Part shown: piece after piece, positions 50,301 to 58,518 of the stretch | How the letters are laid out: the number at the start of each line of letters is the position of its first letter | How positions within the stretch are numbered: the first letter of the stretch is position 1 | IMG/VR virus record: IMGVR_UViG_3300006793_000015 | Location: 1-64,000 of that record | Source of the DNA: a virus | Length of the DNA stretch: 64,000 nt | Direction: 5' to 3' (one strand) | Made by a program: the position numbers and the translations under genes | Notes under the pieces: model-generated | What the model was told of the DNA's origin: nothing | What the model saw: only the letters and a program-made list of their open reading frames with translations | The model's database searches: none

Positions 50301-53114
50301 TAATATATTGTTAATCTCTTGAGTAGTGTAGTCTACTTTTCTAGTATGACCGTTAATCAAGTTACATGTATCAAGTAAATTACTATTATACTCAACTTTA
50401 AGATTGTTGTAAATTCTTTTTTCTAACTCTAGTAAAACATCATCTTTATAATCACCATACGCTGGTGTGATGGAACCATCGTGTCCTTGAATAACATCAA
50501 TTGATGTCTTGTATGTGTCATCTGTAAACTTACTTGGAACATACTTTGGATATAATCCCAACTTAGTAGGAGTAGGCGGCACAAAGTTACCACCTGTAGT
50601 AATATACTCAACGATCTCAAGTTTTTCGTTTGAAACTAATGTTACACTGTCCGCCAATGTAACAAACGGAGTTGTTGTAGAGAAAGTATAATCTCTATCT
50701 TTTACCAGCATAACACCATTGTTGTATATTAATACACCAGTTTCACTTGGAACTGTGTCGTTGTAAGTTTTATTAAGTTCAAACTTCTTATTATCAATAT
50801 CAAAAATTGTATATGTTAAAGTTGTTGTATCTGTTGAGAACGGAACCATATCACTATTGTGATATGCCATTGTATTATTTTTACCAGCGAACATTGTCTG
50901 TAAAATAGAATCAACAAACCTAGATGTATTTGAATCATACTCGAGGTTGTCAGCAGTAGTTAAAAATAAGTTCTTAAATCTATTGTATTGTACTTCTGCG
51001 TGGTCAATTGAAGTGAAAAAGTCATATTCGTTGTTTGTTAGTATGTACCCTGCTTTTGCTAAACTAGCAGAGTTTTGAACAATGTTTGTTCCTAACAGAC
51101 TGATGTCGCCAATGTCTCTAGTATTATTATAACCAAAGTATGTGCCCTCAAATTCTAAACTATTATCAACGCACGTTCCGATATGGTCTCTAATTTGTCC
51201 AAGGGTGTATGTTGTTGTTACGTCCAAATTATTAAGCGGGTTATTATTTAAGTTAACAGGAATGTTATACACTTCTCCATCTACTAAGTTTTCAGTAGTG
51301 TCGTCAGTATAGGATTTTATAACAAGTACGTCACCAGTGGTAAGGGCTGTTGTGAAATTAACATACTGTACATTATCAGTTGTTAAAATATAAAAATCTT
51401 TTGTGGTGGAGGAGTTTTCTCCTTTCTCCTTCAACTTTCCGTTAACTTTTACAATTAAATTCTTTGCGTTAGTTTCTTCCTTTGGAGTTGTCGTAATTTT
51501 AAACTGTTGTAATTCAGATCCTACTGAAATTGTTTGTTGTATAAACTGTCTACTCTCAAACGGTGCTTTTGTCCAGTTATTTTCTACTGTATAATCAGAA
51601 ATACTATTATAGTTGTGTAAAAAGCCTTTTGCGTTTCTTACACTACTAGTGACATTGTTTAAAACATCAGTAGTATATGTAAAACTATCTCTAATAATAT
51701 TATCGTAAAAAACAATGTCGCCAATGTTATTAAAGTTTCTATATGTTAAAGCAAAACCTAACTCAGTGTCTGCCACTCCTGCTGAGTTTACTGCGTAACT
51801 GAACACTGGAGAACCAGCGAACGTGCTGTTAGTATATGTTGAAAAACTAACACCAGTCTCATCAAACATATCAAACAATGGGGCTTGGTTTACTCCTGCT
51901 TTAATTTGTCCTTTATTCCATTTGCTGTTTTTATAATACCACTGTGTTCCTGCATTATTGCCATATTTGGCAATAAGTGTATTATGCTCTACAGGATCTG
52001 CGATAGTAGTTGACTTTTCCAAGTGTATAGTATCTACACCAGCAATTCTAAGAATTTGTATTTCGTATACAAAGCCATTAACAAAAGGATCTGCATCGCT
52101 TGTAAATACTATTAATTGTCCTTCTTCAACCAACTTTCCGTCTATGTAAGTACCAGCACTTGGCTGTCCTTCTAAATCAGAGAACGCATCTGTAAATAAA
52201 GTGTCAACTAAGTCGACATCTGTTAACTTAGCAGTACCAAAATCATAAAGTTTTAAGTTTTTATCAAACTCAATAATAGGACGTTTTGCTCTAACTGCTG
52301 AATCAAATACAGGAACTGTGTTTGTATATTCTGCTGTTTTGGTAATAATATCTTCATGGAACCAACGGTTATTATTACTCCATTGGTTGCCATCAAGTGC
52401 GCCAGGCTTAATAGTTATGTAATCTTTAGTTAGAGAATAAACTGCTGACTCAGGTGTGACTAAAGTGCTCCACTCAATCAATTCAATGCTCTTTCCAACA
52501 TTTGCAACCAGGTATTCTTTGTTTTGGTATGATGATGGATACGTAGATGCGTTAGTGAACTTAACTTTTAGTCCAGAGGAAAACACCACTGATTGTGTGC
52601 CACTAGTAGCAGTAAAAGTTGTTTTGCCTATTAAATCTGATTCTACATTAATTTCTTGATCAATCTCTATAGTATCTGGACCGTCTTGTAACCAAAAGTA
52701 TTTTGTATAACTGGAAATTTTATCTTGGTCAATAGGTGGTGTCCACACATAGTATTCACTAGAAAACAATCTGTTATGATTATAACTACTACCGCCCTTT
52801 ACTTTAACTGAGTTAATTGTGTCAATATATGTGGCGGCAAAGGCATAAGCAGATTGCTCTAAGTTTGCCGTTGCTAAATCTTTTTTAATTGTTATTGCAG
52901 GTTCTAACTGATAGTTTCTTCTATCAGATGTTGTTTCAACTACATAACTATCAGTTGTTTCAAAGTTGTTAACATCTCGCCTTCCAACGAAACCATTAAC
53001 AACATCCAAAGTCCCTGGGGACATTAACTGATCCAATGTTGCGTTTAAAAACTTTTTATTAACATCAGTTTGAAACTGTCCAGGTAATAGGTTAACAGTC
53101 TTTCTTATTGCCAT
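38331..53114 (-). CDS. 4927-aa giant baseplate wedge-like (gp7-position) structural protein with FG-GAP propeller, YHYH-like domain and GxGY beta repeats
   Basis: Uninterrupted 14.8-kb ORF after gp6-like gene; IKEKGT segment; seven FG/YG propeller blades; SKIIGYAYDGYPIYGP..LDKHNGRYGVTPDYPDGTYAYF; about eight VTxxGxGY repeats. Confidence 0.75.
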   Translation of the reverse strand: MAIRKTVNLLPGQFQTDVNKKFLNATLDQLMSPGTLDVVNGFVGRRDVNNFETTDSYVVETTSDRRNYQLEPAITIKKDLATANLEQSAYAFAATYIDTINSVKVKGGSSYNHNRLFSSEYYVWTPPIDQDKISSYTKYFWLQDGPDTIEIDQEINVESDLIGKTTFTATSGTQSVVFSSGLKVKFTNASTYPSSYQNKEYLVANVGKSIELIEWSTLVTPESAVYSLTKDYITIKPGALDGNQWSNNNRWFHEDIITKTAEYTNTVPVFDSAVRAKRPIIEFDKNLKLYDFGTAKLTDVDLVDTLFTDAFSDLEGQPSAGTYIDGKLVEEGQLIVFTSDADPFVNGFVYEIQILRIAGVDTIHLEKSTTIADPVEHNTLIAKYGNNAGTQWYYKNSKWNKGQIKAGVNQAPLFDMFDETGVSFSTYTNSTFAGSPVFSYAVNSAGVADTELGFALTYRNFNNIGDIVFYDNIIRDSFTYTTDVLNNVTSSVRNAKGFLHNYNSISDYTVENNWTKAPFESRQFIQQTISVGSELQQFKITTTPKEETNAKNLIVKVNGKLKEKGENSSTTKDFYILTTDNVQYVNFTTALTTGDVLVIKSYTDDTTENLVDGEVYNIPVNLNNNPLNNLDVTTTYTLGQIRDHIGTCVDNSLEFEGTYFGYNNTRDIGDISLLGTNIVQNSASLAKAGYILTNNEYDFFTSIDHAEVQYNRFKNLFLTTADNLEYDSNTSRFVDSILQTMFAGKNNTMAYHNSDMVPFSTDTTTLTYTIFDIDNKKFELNKTYNDTVPSETGVLIYNNGVMLVKDRDYTFSTTTPFVTLADSVTLVSNEKLEIVEYITTGGNFVPPTPTKLGLYPKYVPSKFTDDTYKTSIDVIQGHDGSITPAYGDYKDDVLLELEKRIYNNLKVEYNSNLLDTCNLINGHTRKVDYTTQEINNILSAYISNWANKNGINYITNSTYDVSDPFTWNYSLIKNKFDSTQLLPGYWRGIYKYFYDTDRPHTRPWEMLGFTDKPSWWELTYGPAPYTRDNLILWQDLEDGVIASGPKAGTYDKYKRTGLVANYIPTDSAGNLMHPVDVGLIDRIDSSTSADWAIGDDGPAETAWKRSSSYPFALQKLMALTKPAKYFELMYDVSKITTNLVGHYVHKDTGLPIVPNAVSTHGFVNADGTVEYTAGYGNWIVDYTVYLGGSTIKFNENLNSLSLNLAYKMAGFTDKEKLKIILEQISPTRSSNDVFIPQEDYSFYLLEGKPLERINYSGVIVERTESGYIIDGYSVDTPYFNVLQSITTSGNKRQVSVGGIQLDTVPYEPNNDYAAGQILETTSGSYYIVNIPFSSTDDFENDRQYLTRTQQIPTQGGVTVLRYGDFKNTPTKVPYRTEYKTIQDVYDFIISYGRYLESTGLQFDNISDDFGLVEDWDQSGVEFLYWTQTNFGPGSMLTMSAGSSVLKFNLSNAQVGSLTSEIIPSSVINQNKQKILVQDLFYKREDNTFELSTSQEVDGVYACVLNPIQTEHLLIVENETVFNDVIWNLTTGSRQNRIKLVGYKTRLWDGTQQLPGYVLLDDSVDDWDVNNNYELGEIIRFKSKFYVANIKHAPSDLTEQGKFDFSKWKLLDEVNTGLLPNLDTKADQFRAFYEIEEDVRKFSTEKLSSNLIGYQSRKYLENLQIDETAQKKFYQGFIKEKGTTAVVDKLLRAKVPALDTSINLYEEWAFRIGEYGSVDSTQSIDFYLEENKFKESPDLIELINADEQYKNENITVRPSDLYQKPLEPLHFNKNIFSIESDTIDDRLTLPTAGYVRTDDTKHSVVSLSEWVSSNTIIIEETINIETQLIGRTSYTTSGSVTLYNGAVVSFDSTQIIPSSYRGKNFVVTGVGESIVLTEKTAYLNSLAIGDKVWVSSADSFPPQFKEDSKDWAVYRITNAGNSPISVSKDNDNELTVAFLYPIGTILVGEYIILRRWTSTSNSGVDFSGIYKVKENLSSNGLYVLKLHATTSLEPYASLGDSQAPTITRGEMVVLSNARYNSSDSLYGTDEPRYGWQDGDLAWVDDYADTGKWAVLEKKNPYTLREQIYPNSKAINTGFGQAVSTNKDTSTLLVGSVYDGTSAGNIEQWTRDIKTVFDVKSIFVSGDGSLTSGYLNNSGYLLTVNTDGLPQPSSFGTFPNDSNSNRVTPKVFEHTINIRVGTNTTTTTPREIGSDSIGITATGVTIKSPIVEGELTNDTGSAKGKAPLNWQWNAVVNRSKLGLDSGDGQPLDDNHYNYYSGKFLSQWNDSVYLENSYYNDTNYSGDHWRHADGHSKIIGYAYDGYPIYGPFGYQTPTNSATTPVRMTSSYLLHDAPLADREYNYTQYSKGSFIQDYYYSDGSGTLDKHNGRYGVTPDYPDGTYAYFLTIKVDGSVVYPYVVGPTMKEYPVLEADTVPKDPGGSNTQTVALVPADFAFDSNIIDGSKLRNSGLLGWRFDNTKEHDYVVTTAPGSNSNEGYVIVLKQKDDKTYEAFDILRSPAPAVNGYFGYDVALSNNGNYMIIGEPGELKAHIYGLTNTVTTTNSEFFNGTGATPTFATTISYSDNREVTVYVDGQIKIEGLDYTLGAGTITFVTFPPLGSNNVEMRTGNYFYQVQTLSGASATDFGRSVAINDNGDFAFVGQPDKAAGGKLQVGSTKVYAKSPNETYSEVQELSSNITSELEFFGKQVESGDSGHIVAVGATGADYTYIGATAALAYNTGEVDYFINNMKVTGTITGTVANPTVGIGDQIVINGTQVTFTGTALTDIVQDINDASITFITAESTSDNKLKITSTSTTTNNKLSITVGNTNGVAVFTAIGITLYEFKASLVHPDGLQNAYYGERIKFNEDASKLLISSPAGNSIVEIGIDDGLTTFDQSNTAISDIQLESGSALIYDINSDMTNSLIQRLDWRERRQYDKYGSGITLTNNTAFVGAPGDDYFETETTIGDGVTTAFAITGQYSTDNIEVTINDKKILSGFTSDNASPNSTVTFDNPPLAYTIKFSKYTSNTGSVLEAIDANNKGSWNVKRQQNSRVDIDTINQVFTYNQKTNKFINYVDYLDPVKGKIPGVVNQEISFKTFYDPAVYNVATDTTVTTDSDNHWGPNQVGTLWWDLTNTKYVDYEQGDLEYRKKSWGKLFPGTQISVYEWVESDTLPSSYAVYDGDGTPKFASDSAYVEYVRKDDATGLLESVYYYWVKNKTSIPQKSRAYLDATGQIRFTSRGRELELQSFIPAATRKLPANTVANMLKDPEGNGLAYIGVVAQNAIVGYNLNKNLVNKNIVLSVNYDTKKNNIPLHTEWQLMQRDNKLSKPNSYLVTKLSDSLVGLDITEKSVPDPTVRIGQRYGILNYPRQTMFVDKAGAIKILVNYCNTVFATNKMAIDFDLTTLSTADPIPSTGYNEIVETYTELTYINTNTVSEGYTVIVRKDETRENYWTSYSWSTAQGLWNFNKKQKYDTTKYWDYVDWYATNYSSNTVIDQIVPLRNDLEKITTAIGDVVKVINNGQSRWELYVKGSDSYTLIGEENATVKLKTELYTLTEPLQELRYIVSALQDNLFIDELEEHFNKVWFELVRFALHDQNLQIDWAFKTSFVKVIQTVRELTEITNYSYDVQDSIENYIKEAKPYRTNLREYVYRYPYLDVALTAVTDFDLPGYWDATQEIFRSPNVYNADDDERMQTGPWVNWSNHYTKHIESMTVVDGGSGYGTTDLSEYAESSYDTTKYDGKETTTTPPVVIIESGAQWELGYSYTSLVRPGEGGAQAVLTIPTHSPDTLWYYSSDIKDMGWKVRVQPALPTPETKTFAVTVVVDGEGNPDFYIDGVERPNLILYRGSTYTFTQTDASNAAKGYFRFSALEDGTHRDGSGATAVPVMKSPGLDEVESVTVTNPGTGYVTTPKVTVQGGAGSGAIVYANLENFKVRDILETIKFDRVDGPRHVKTIAVDTGGTGYTSIPTVTITGTVSEITVTEKGMGYSVAPLIVISPPDELNGVQATASLVLDIDGSVTSVTVTEPGSGYTKTPFVQFIKNSPTDPNPITEARATAVSTGLGGTGAQAVANISSGAVAGITVTQQGRDYQTAPTVIISGGGGSNATATATISFTTYNRLEPNHELTSKKNSDRLTLYYAGGQTGTNSDKNWKNEQVNTPTYEAVISESGLEYKANKVLGAEFSLEPGYDRAAYARNAFDDFAITEEGIRVIASVDTDMSGGDFSSTGGVDPANVVVDGDGFVTTYTSHAPEEQIPGRLFDTLDMKVYEMPTPRNSGVTVRKYTYNGNGSTTAYNFSDLGGLPTASFGAEVYVDNVLKIRLVDYTLDFTNNTVNLNSPALNGQLVHIVLVETGGENFSSFQQDFVGDESTTEFIVNVPYQYAQSLYVTVNGGNQSYTATSYYKRTKITFDAAPIANSRIRVHTFNMSGLEVTNPGSKYDPSNPPTVTISGVGSNAAATAVVNDNGEVEGFIITNVGTGYTSAPTVTIGTPGAGGVQATATASVYDDKIGIPQPYIRVDSEEFTLPTLTTWPTDYILTYPAQFIEQGPDYAKVVVYLNKTRLAPGDTEYYTGDGSTTVFASPSNPTVDYALATDADIQVHVGGELKTLTTDYTFTGTPARAEITFVTAPADGLEIAISVRNGQYWIENDQSIILEDGTGLSRTANASTSDSVFVQSYINQKYSQGNTITIEGSSIATSTGLERFDTVVYDDIAYAGDISVSIATPVYDIRVMMEEYNTNYAWVWLNGVYQIANHDYYITSDGYLVMTPLSGLILASDKITVTTMRGAEAEQGQGIGFRIWKDMFDQVAYYRISTANTTTLSTDLAYTDLTISVTDASKLLTPQPTNGIPGVIFIGGERIEYWEIDGNTLKRVRRGTWGTGVQTTYNAQTEVVDGSKQQAIPGKTEAHTNVWYDQGTSTATNGQGLGLATSAQAKFLKEAPLTTPKAY

Positions 53115-53122
53115 ATTATTTC

Positions 53123-56100
53123 CTATGCACTTGTTGTAATTGTGCCGCTTGCTCTAATCTTAGATGCTGTTACTGCATCAATAATCTCAACGTTTTCTAC
53201 TTTAGCATCACTTATAAAAATCTCATCGCTTGTACACTCAATTTCAAACAAACTACCAAAAGTTTGCTCAGTACCCTTTGGAACAATTAATACTGTTGCA
53301 ACGTGTGGTGATAATTCAGTGTGAATATACGCTGATAATTCTGTAAAGTAAAATGTATCTCCAAAGTCCCAATTTACGCTATCAAAATATTCATTAATAG
53401 CACTCACTGCCTTTGTTTTAATTTCAGTGTCAGTGATTGAAGACTGTGGATTTTTTACAATCTTAAACTCTGCTTGCAGATAGCTATCTGCTTTGCTTCC
53501 AAACAATACTTTATACTTTACTGGATGGAAAATAATCTCATCACTTAGCATTTTATAATCTAATAAATTACTAAATTGTGACGATAACTCTGTTGTAGTA
53601 CTTTCTTCTGGTTTAATAACAACACCAGTATTATCTTTTATGTAACGAATAAATTGGTTACTATATGATTGGGTTAATATATACAAATCAATAATATTAC
53701 TCAACCCAGGGTTAATTCTTCTGTCGCTTGGTGAGTTATGCTTGTAGTTAAAGTATAAGTCTTTTCTACCAATATATGCCAAATAATCTGTGCTATCCAA
53801 CAATGTACTATCTGCTGAATTGTTTACTTTAAACTTCTTATCTAGAGTTAAGTATATAACTTCTCCGTCACTAAAAATTGACAAGTCTGTTGGCAAGTTT
53901 GTTGCTAAATCGTAATCTAAATTAACTTCTTTTGTAGTTAATCTATATTGTTCTCCACCGTCTGCCTCAGTTAACTTTTCAAAAAATACTAATTTGTTAT
54001 TTGGATTAACTGTTGGATCAATTACTGTGGTAAACTGATCTGGATTATCTGGAATGCCGTCGTCATCGCTATCTAAAAATGTAACTAATACTCTACGTGT
54101 GTTTGTGCTTCCTGAAAACTCTGTGTCTAAACCGTAAATTTGCCAAATGTAATCTTGATCTAATGCGTCATTAGAATCAGGCTTGCTATTCATTTTAAAT
54201 ACATTAACGTGGTCTGCTAATGTTTGTCCAGTTCGTGAGTCATAAATTTTAACTGAATCGTCAAAGTAAAATCTTGTTTCCAAATCACTTTCAAAACTGT
54301 ATTTTAAACCTCTATATGTTGATGTATAAATTACGCCAGTACTACTAAAACGTATCATCCAACTTGAGTCTTTACGTAGTCCGGAAGTGTCGCCCGCAAA
54401 GCTAAAACTAAATGCATTTGTCGTATTTAAATTTTCTGCTAATACAATAATCCATTCTCTAGTAGTTGCATCAAAGCGTAAGCCAAACTCTTCATGATTA
54501 AATATTTTGTTTAGCATTGCGGTTTCAATTGCAGAAGTCAAGTCTGTATCAAACTGCGGAATAATTTCCGCTACTTCTGCACCATCACCAATCTTTTCTG
54601 TTAGTGTTACTGGGCCGGAGCCGTCGGATAGATTGCCGGTGCCACCATTCATGCCATCACCTACTACGTTTTTAACCATTGCCCATATGGAACTAAATGT
54701 TCCTGGAGCACCAACTACACCAGTGTGTAAACTGCCATCTGACTTAAAGTATTTTCCAGACGGTGCATTAAACTTAACTAGTGAGTTTGTTGTTAACCAC
54801 ACTCTGTTGTCTGGTGCCCCTGAACCAATTGGAACTGGAGAGCCGATGTTGTTTTTAAAATAACCAGTGCTGATATTAGTGCTTGTAGTTGACTGTTCCC
54901 AAGTTGTGGTGGATACTGATATTCTTGGGTAATTTTTATAGTAGTATTGTTTACTACTAACGTTACGTAGAATAGGTTCAATAGTATCGCGAATAATTCG
55001 CAATATATCCATTTCATTAGAAAACTCAAAATCAAAATTGTTAGTAAATAATTCTTGGAATAATATTCCATCCTCACAAAATACGTTTGTGGATGAATAC
55101 TTTGCTGAAGGATCAATGACATCTAAATATCTAGATATACCACTTGATGTTCTATTAACTGCCTTTGCTTTAATAATTTCGTTTGTTGCTGTTACTGGAA
55201 AAATATTATAATCTTCGCCATTAACCATTCTGTTTTGTGAATAATAACTCTGCGGTGCCTTTGTTCTAATATCTTCAATAGTTTCTCTTTCGGCTGCATT
55301 ATAAACTTGCTGTTGTAGATCAAGAACCATTGTTAATGTATGTTGAACATTATATTTGCTTAGGTAACTAATGTTTAACGTTACACCTTGCATATCGTCT
55401 GAGTTAATGTCGTATGACAATCCGTTACCTTGTCTAAAGTATGATCTAAAACTACCGCGTGGCATATCAGAAAATATACCGTCGCCAAACACATATGTAA
55501 TTTGATCTGCTTCACGTGATTGTACACTGTATAATGATCTTATATCTCTTGATAAACTATTGTAAATCACGTTATTACCTGTTACCGCTGGCACTTGCGT
55601 CCATAGTCTATATAAGTCATTGTTAGAATCTAACTCATATAACCAAACATCATTTTGGCTAACGTTACTAGTATTAATTAATACTTGTCTATTAGGAATT
55701 GCTTGGTCAATAGTAAAATCAGATGCTCTTAAAGTACCTTGTTTAAAGTAAGCAAAGAAGCCAGTGTTGACACTGCCGTTACCTTTGCCGTCACTTCTAT
55801 ATAAAAAACTAAATGGTGAGATAGTGCTAGGTTCTTTTTCATAAACATAGTCATAACCTTCAAAAGTAGCACTAACAATTTCAAAATCAATATTAACGCC
55901 ATCAATTGATGCTTGGAATGGAAACACTGGCAGTGTTCCAGTTGCTATGTTAATTTGGTATTCTTGAGTCTCGATACCATTTAACGTTTTAGAACTATTA
56001 GGGTTACCAACTTTTTGTGTGTTCACCATTGCCGCATTTAATACTAAATTAATTTGTTCTGCGTAATCATCATTATTAATGTCATTCCAATCAATTCTAG

Positions 56101-56518
56101 TGTTTGCTAAATTCTCTCCATTGGAATCATAAACATCTTCCGTTGTAGAGATGCTTGATAACTTTAACATTCCGCTTGCGTTTACACTACGCTTTGCGTT
56201 ATAACTTACGAGTCTCGCAAGTCTTAAAATACTTTCTCTGCGTTCAGCAGTTGCTAGGAAGTTTTCTCTAGCGTTTAAATCTACTCTGTAACTAATGTTT
56301 TGTGTTACATAAGATATGAGGTCAATTAACGCAATAAATTCTGAACTTTCAATGTAGTCATTGAAATCTTCAGGATAGTATGCTTTGATGTAATCAATCA
56401 TTGACTTACGCAATGTTTGGAAATCATAACTCTCAAAGTCTGCGTTAATAAAAGATTGGTATAATACTTGCCAATCCTCTGCGTTGTATATGTTATTTTG
56501 TCGTGTTGTTAATGCCAT
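53123..56518 (-). CDS. Baseplate wedge subunit, T4 gp6-like
   Basis: DFQTLRKSM..DFNDY, ENFLATAERRESILRLARLVSY, FGDG, ETIEDIR..AP..QNRMVNGEDY; follows gp25-like gene. Confidence 0.85.
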   Translation of the reverse strand: MALTTRQNNIYNAEDWQVLYQSFINADFESYDFQTLRKSMIDYIKAYYPEDFNDYIESSEFIALIDLISYVTQNISYRVDLNARENFLATAERRESILRLARLVSYNAKRSVNASGMLKLSSISTTEDVYDSNGENLANTRIDWNDINNDDYAEQINLVLNAAMVNTQKVGNPNSSKTLNGIETQEYQINIATGTLPVFPFQASIDGVNIDFEIVSATFEGYDYVYEKEPSTISPFSFLYRSDGKGNGSVNTGFFAYFKQGTLRASDFTIDQAIPNRQVLINTSNVSQNDVWLYELDSNNDLYRLWTQVPAVTGNNVIYNSLSRDIRSLYSVQSREADQITYVFGDGIFSDMPRGSFRSYFRQGNGLSYDINSDDMQGVTLNISYLSKYNVQHTLTMVLDLQQQVYNAAERETIEDIRTKAPQSYYSQNRMVNGEDYNIFPVTATNEIIKAKAVNRTSSGISRYLDVIDPSAKYSSTNVFCEDGILFQELFTNNFDFEFSNEMDILRIIRDTIEPILRNVSSKQYYYKNYPRISVSTTTWEQSTTSTNISTGYFKNNIGSPVPIGSGAPDNRVWLTTNSLVKFNAPSGKYFKSDGSLHTGVVGAPGTFSSIWAMVKNVVGDGMNGGTGNLSDGSGPVTLTEKIGDGAEVAEIIPQFDTDLTSAIETAMLNKIFNHEEFGLRFDATTREWIIVLAENLNTTNAFSFSFAGDTSGLRKDSSWMIRFSSTGVIYTSTYRGLKYSFESDLETRFYFDDSVKIYDSRTGQTLADHVNVFKMNSKPDSNDALDQDYIWQIYGLDTEFSGSTNTRRVLVTFLDSDDDGIPDNPDQFTTVIDPTVNPNNKLVFFEKLTEADGGEQYRLTTKEVNLDYDLATNLPTDLSIFSDGEVIYLTLDKKFKVNNSADSTLLDSTDYLAYIGRKDLYFNYKHNSPSDRRINPGLSNIIDLYILTQSYSNQFIRYIKDNTGVVIKPEESTTTELSSQFSNLLDYKMLSDEIIFHPVKYKVLFGSKADSYLQAEFKIVKNPQSSITDTEIKTKAVSAINEYFDSVNWDFGDTFYFTELSAYIHTELSPHVATVLIVPKGTEQTFGSLFEIECTSDEIFISDAKVENVEIIDAVTASKIRASGTITTSA

Positions 56519-56907
56519 TATGCTGTACTCAGTGTAGCGGTAGTTGTTTGTGTGTTAAAATCAATTAGCAAATTTTCTATTATCTGGTCTGGAATAAACT
56601 TTAAGTTTAATTCTATTAATAGACCGTGCTCATATTGTTTAACCACTATATTTTCTGCTTCTATTCTCGGATCATAAGCAATAACATCCTGTATGTCTTG
56701 TCTTATTGTTTCTATTGTGGTTTCATTCAAGGGCTCGTAAACCATATCCCATACCACAGATCCAAAATCAGGTAGTTGTAACTTTTCACCTTTTCTTATA
56801 TTAAAATGGTTCATAAGATCTTGTTTTGCAATATCAAAACCAGTTAATGTGTAAGAATTAGAGAAGTTTTTGCCCAGAGTATTGAAGCCTTTATATGTAA
56901 TCGCCAT
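56518..56907 (-). CDS. Baseplate wedge subunit, gp25/GPW-like
   Basis: NHFNIRKGEK..PDFGS..YEP..YDPRI; CTAAATA 5 nt before ATG. Confidence 0.88.
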   Translation of the reverse strand: MAITYKGFNTLGKNFSNSYTLTGFDIAKQDLMNHFNIRKGEKLQLPDFGSVVWDMVYEPLNETTIETIRQDIQDVIAYDPRIEAENIVVKQYEHGLLIELNLKFIPDQIIENLLIDFNTQTTTATLSTA

Positions 56908-56955
56908 ACTAATATTTAGTTATTTTAATTATATACTACTATTAACCTACGTAGA

Positions 56956-58491
56956 TTAATTACTACTGTCAGCAATATGTGAGGTGGTTCCTGCTTTAGG
57001 TTCCTTTTTCTTTGATTGGTTAATTCTTGGATCTGGCTCGTGCATTGGAACTCGTTGCATTGCGGTATAATAAGAGTAGCTGCCATCAACAGCATAACGT
57101 TTACCACCGTGCGTGTTGGATGCTCCTTTGTTTACCCAGTTATTTTCATATATAGCAACTCTGCCTGCTTCTTCAGCAACGTTTCCGGCTTCAGTGTTGA
57201 GTTTAATAGGATACTTTGTTCCGCCGCCACTTTTAAGAAAAATACATGCTGTGCTTGTAAGGCTAATTGCTTCCTTGCAAGTAATATTAAACCAGTCAGT
57301 GGACTTAAAGTTCATAGTGCCTACTGATGTTGCTTTTAAATTACCATTTATATAGAAGTGAGCGTGTCCTTTGCCTTGAGCATTTGTTGGATTTGTTTCT
57401 ATTTTAAAGTTATGCCCTGCTAGTAGATTAATATCCTCGCCCGCTTGTATATTAACATCAACATCTGCTAACATATTAACATTACCTTCGGCATGAACGC
57501 TAACGTCTTTAGCACTAAACACATCTACTGATCCGTCATTTCTCAACTCAGCCCAAGCACTCCCGCTTGCAGTTCCTAAATAAACTGTGCCACCGTCGTC
57601 ACTTAATAAAATTTGATGCCCTGTACCTGTTCGTAATCTTATTAACTGGCTAGTACCATTATTGTCGCCGTCGTCCATAACAAAAGTATGTCCGCTTTTT
57701 CTGTTAACAGGCCACTCATATCCTTCTTTATTTTCCTCAGTAACAAGTCCTTGCGTAATTGTTCCAAAGTCATAATCTAAAGGACCAGGCGTGGAAATAC
57801 CAAACACATTAGACGGACTCTCGCGTTGAACACTAGAAGTTGTAAGTCCTCTAACATAGTCTGTTTCTAATCCTTGCATAAGCAAAGTATCAAACATTGG
57901 GTGTACAGGTTTTTCTACATTTTTCCAAGCAGTAGTTTTGTCAAATTTCTTGGTACTTAACTTATTATATTCCGCAACAGGCACTTCAAACTTTGGTGAA
58001 GTTATACCAGCTGCTTTAGTAGAACTTGAGCCTTTAAATGCTGGCGATGCGGCGATACCCGGAACCATATGTAACATTAATGCGTCAGGAATATATGAGA
58101 TAATATAACCACTTCCTAGTTTGCCTTCTGCAAACACTACCATAACTTGGGTATCAATATCAGGTGTAGGGAAGGTCATACCATATGATTTAGTGGTCAT
58201 TTCATACTGATCATTATTATCAGCTAATGCATTCGTTCTTCCGTAAAAAGGCAATGCTAATGAGCAAAGTATAGTGTTAGATTCATACTCTGTCTTATCG
58301 TAACCTGATTCTTTGGATTTACGCTGTTGTGCTAATGCAGGAATATAAACCGCAATACGATTCATACCGCTGTCATCACCATATCCTTTGACAATACCTA
58401 TATAAGGACCTGGGTCTGTTTTCGCTGTATAATCTCGTCCAGCAGTGGGTAATCCTACTGTAGGCTTTTTAGGATGATTTGCTTGAGGCAT
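56956..58491 (-). CDS. Baseplate central spike, gp5/VgrG-like (no lysozyme domain seen)
   Basis: N-terminal OB-like GIVK..RIAVYIP..YGM..P; SGHTFVMDD..IRLRTGTGHQI; short beta-helix repeats; terminal PMHEP. Confidence 0.75.
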   Translation of the reverse strand: MPQANHPKKPTVGLPTAGRDYTAKTDPGPYIGIVKGYGDDSGMNRIAVYIPALAQQRKSKESGYDKTEYESNTILCSLALPFYGRTNALADNNDQYEMTTKSYGMTFPTPDIDTQVMVVFAEGKLGSGYIISYIPDALMLHMVPGIAASPAFKGSSSTKAAGITSPKFEVPVAEYNKLSTKKFDKTTAWKNVEKPVHPMFDTLLMQGLETDYVRGLTTSSVQRESPSNVFGISTPGPLDYDFGTITQGLVTEENKEGYEWPVNRKSGHTFVMDDGDNNGTSQLIRLRTGTGHQILLSDDGGTVYLGTASGSAWAELRNDGSVDVFSAKDVSVHAEGNVNMLADVDVNIQAGEDINLLAGHNFKIETNPTNAQGKGHAHFYINGNLKATSVGTMNFKSTDWFNITCKEAISLTSTACIFLKSGGGTKYPIKLNTEAGNVAEEAGRVAIYENNWVNKGASNTHGGKRYAVDGSYSYYTAMQRVPMHEPDPRINQSKKKEPKAGTTSHIADSSN

Positions 58492-58518
58492 TATGCTTTT
58501 CCATTGTTATTTAAAGTT

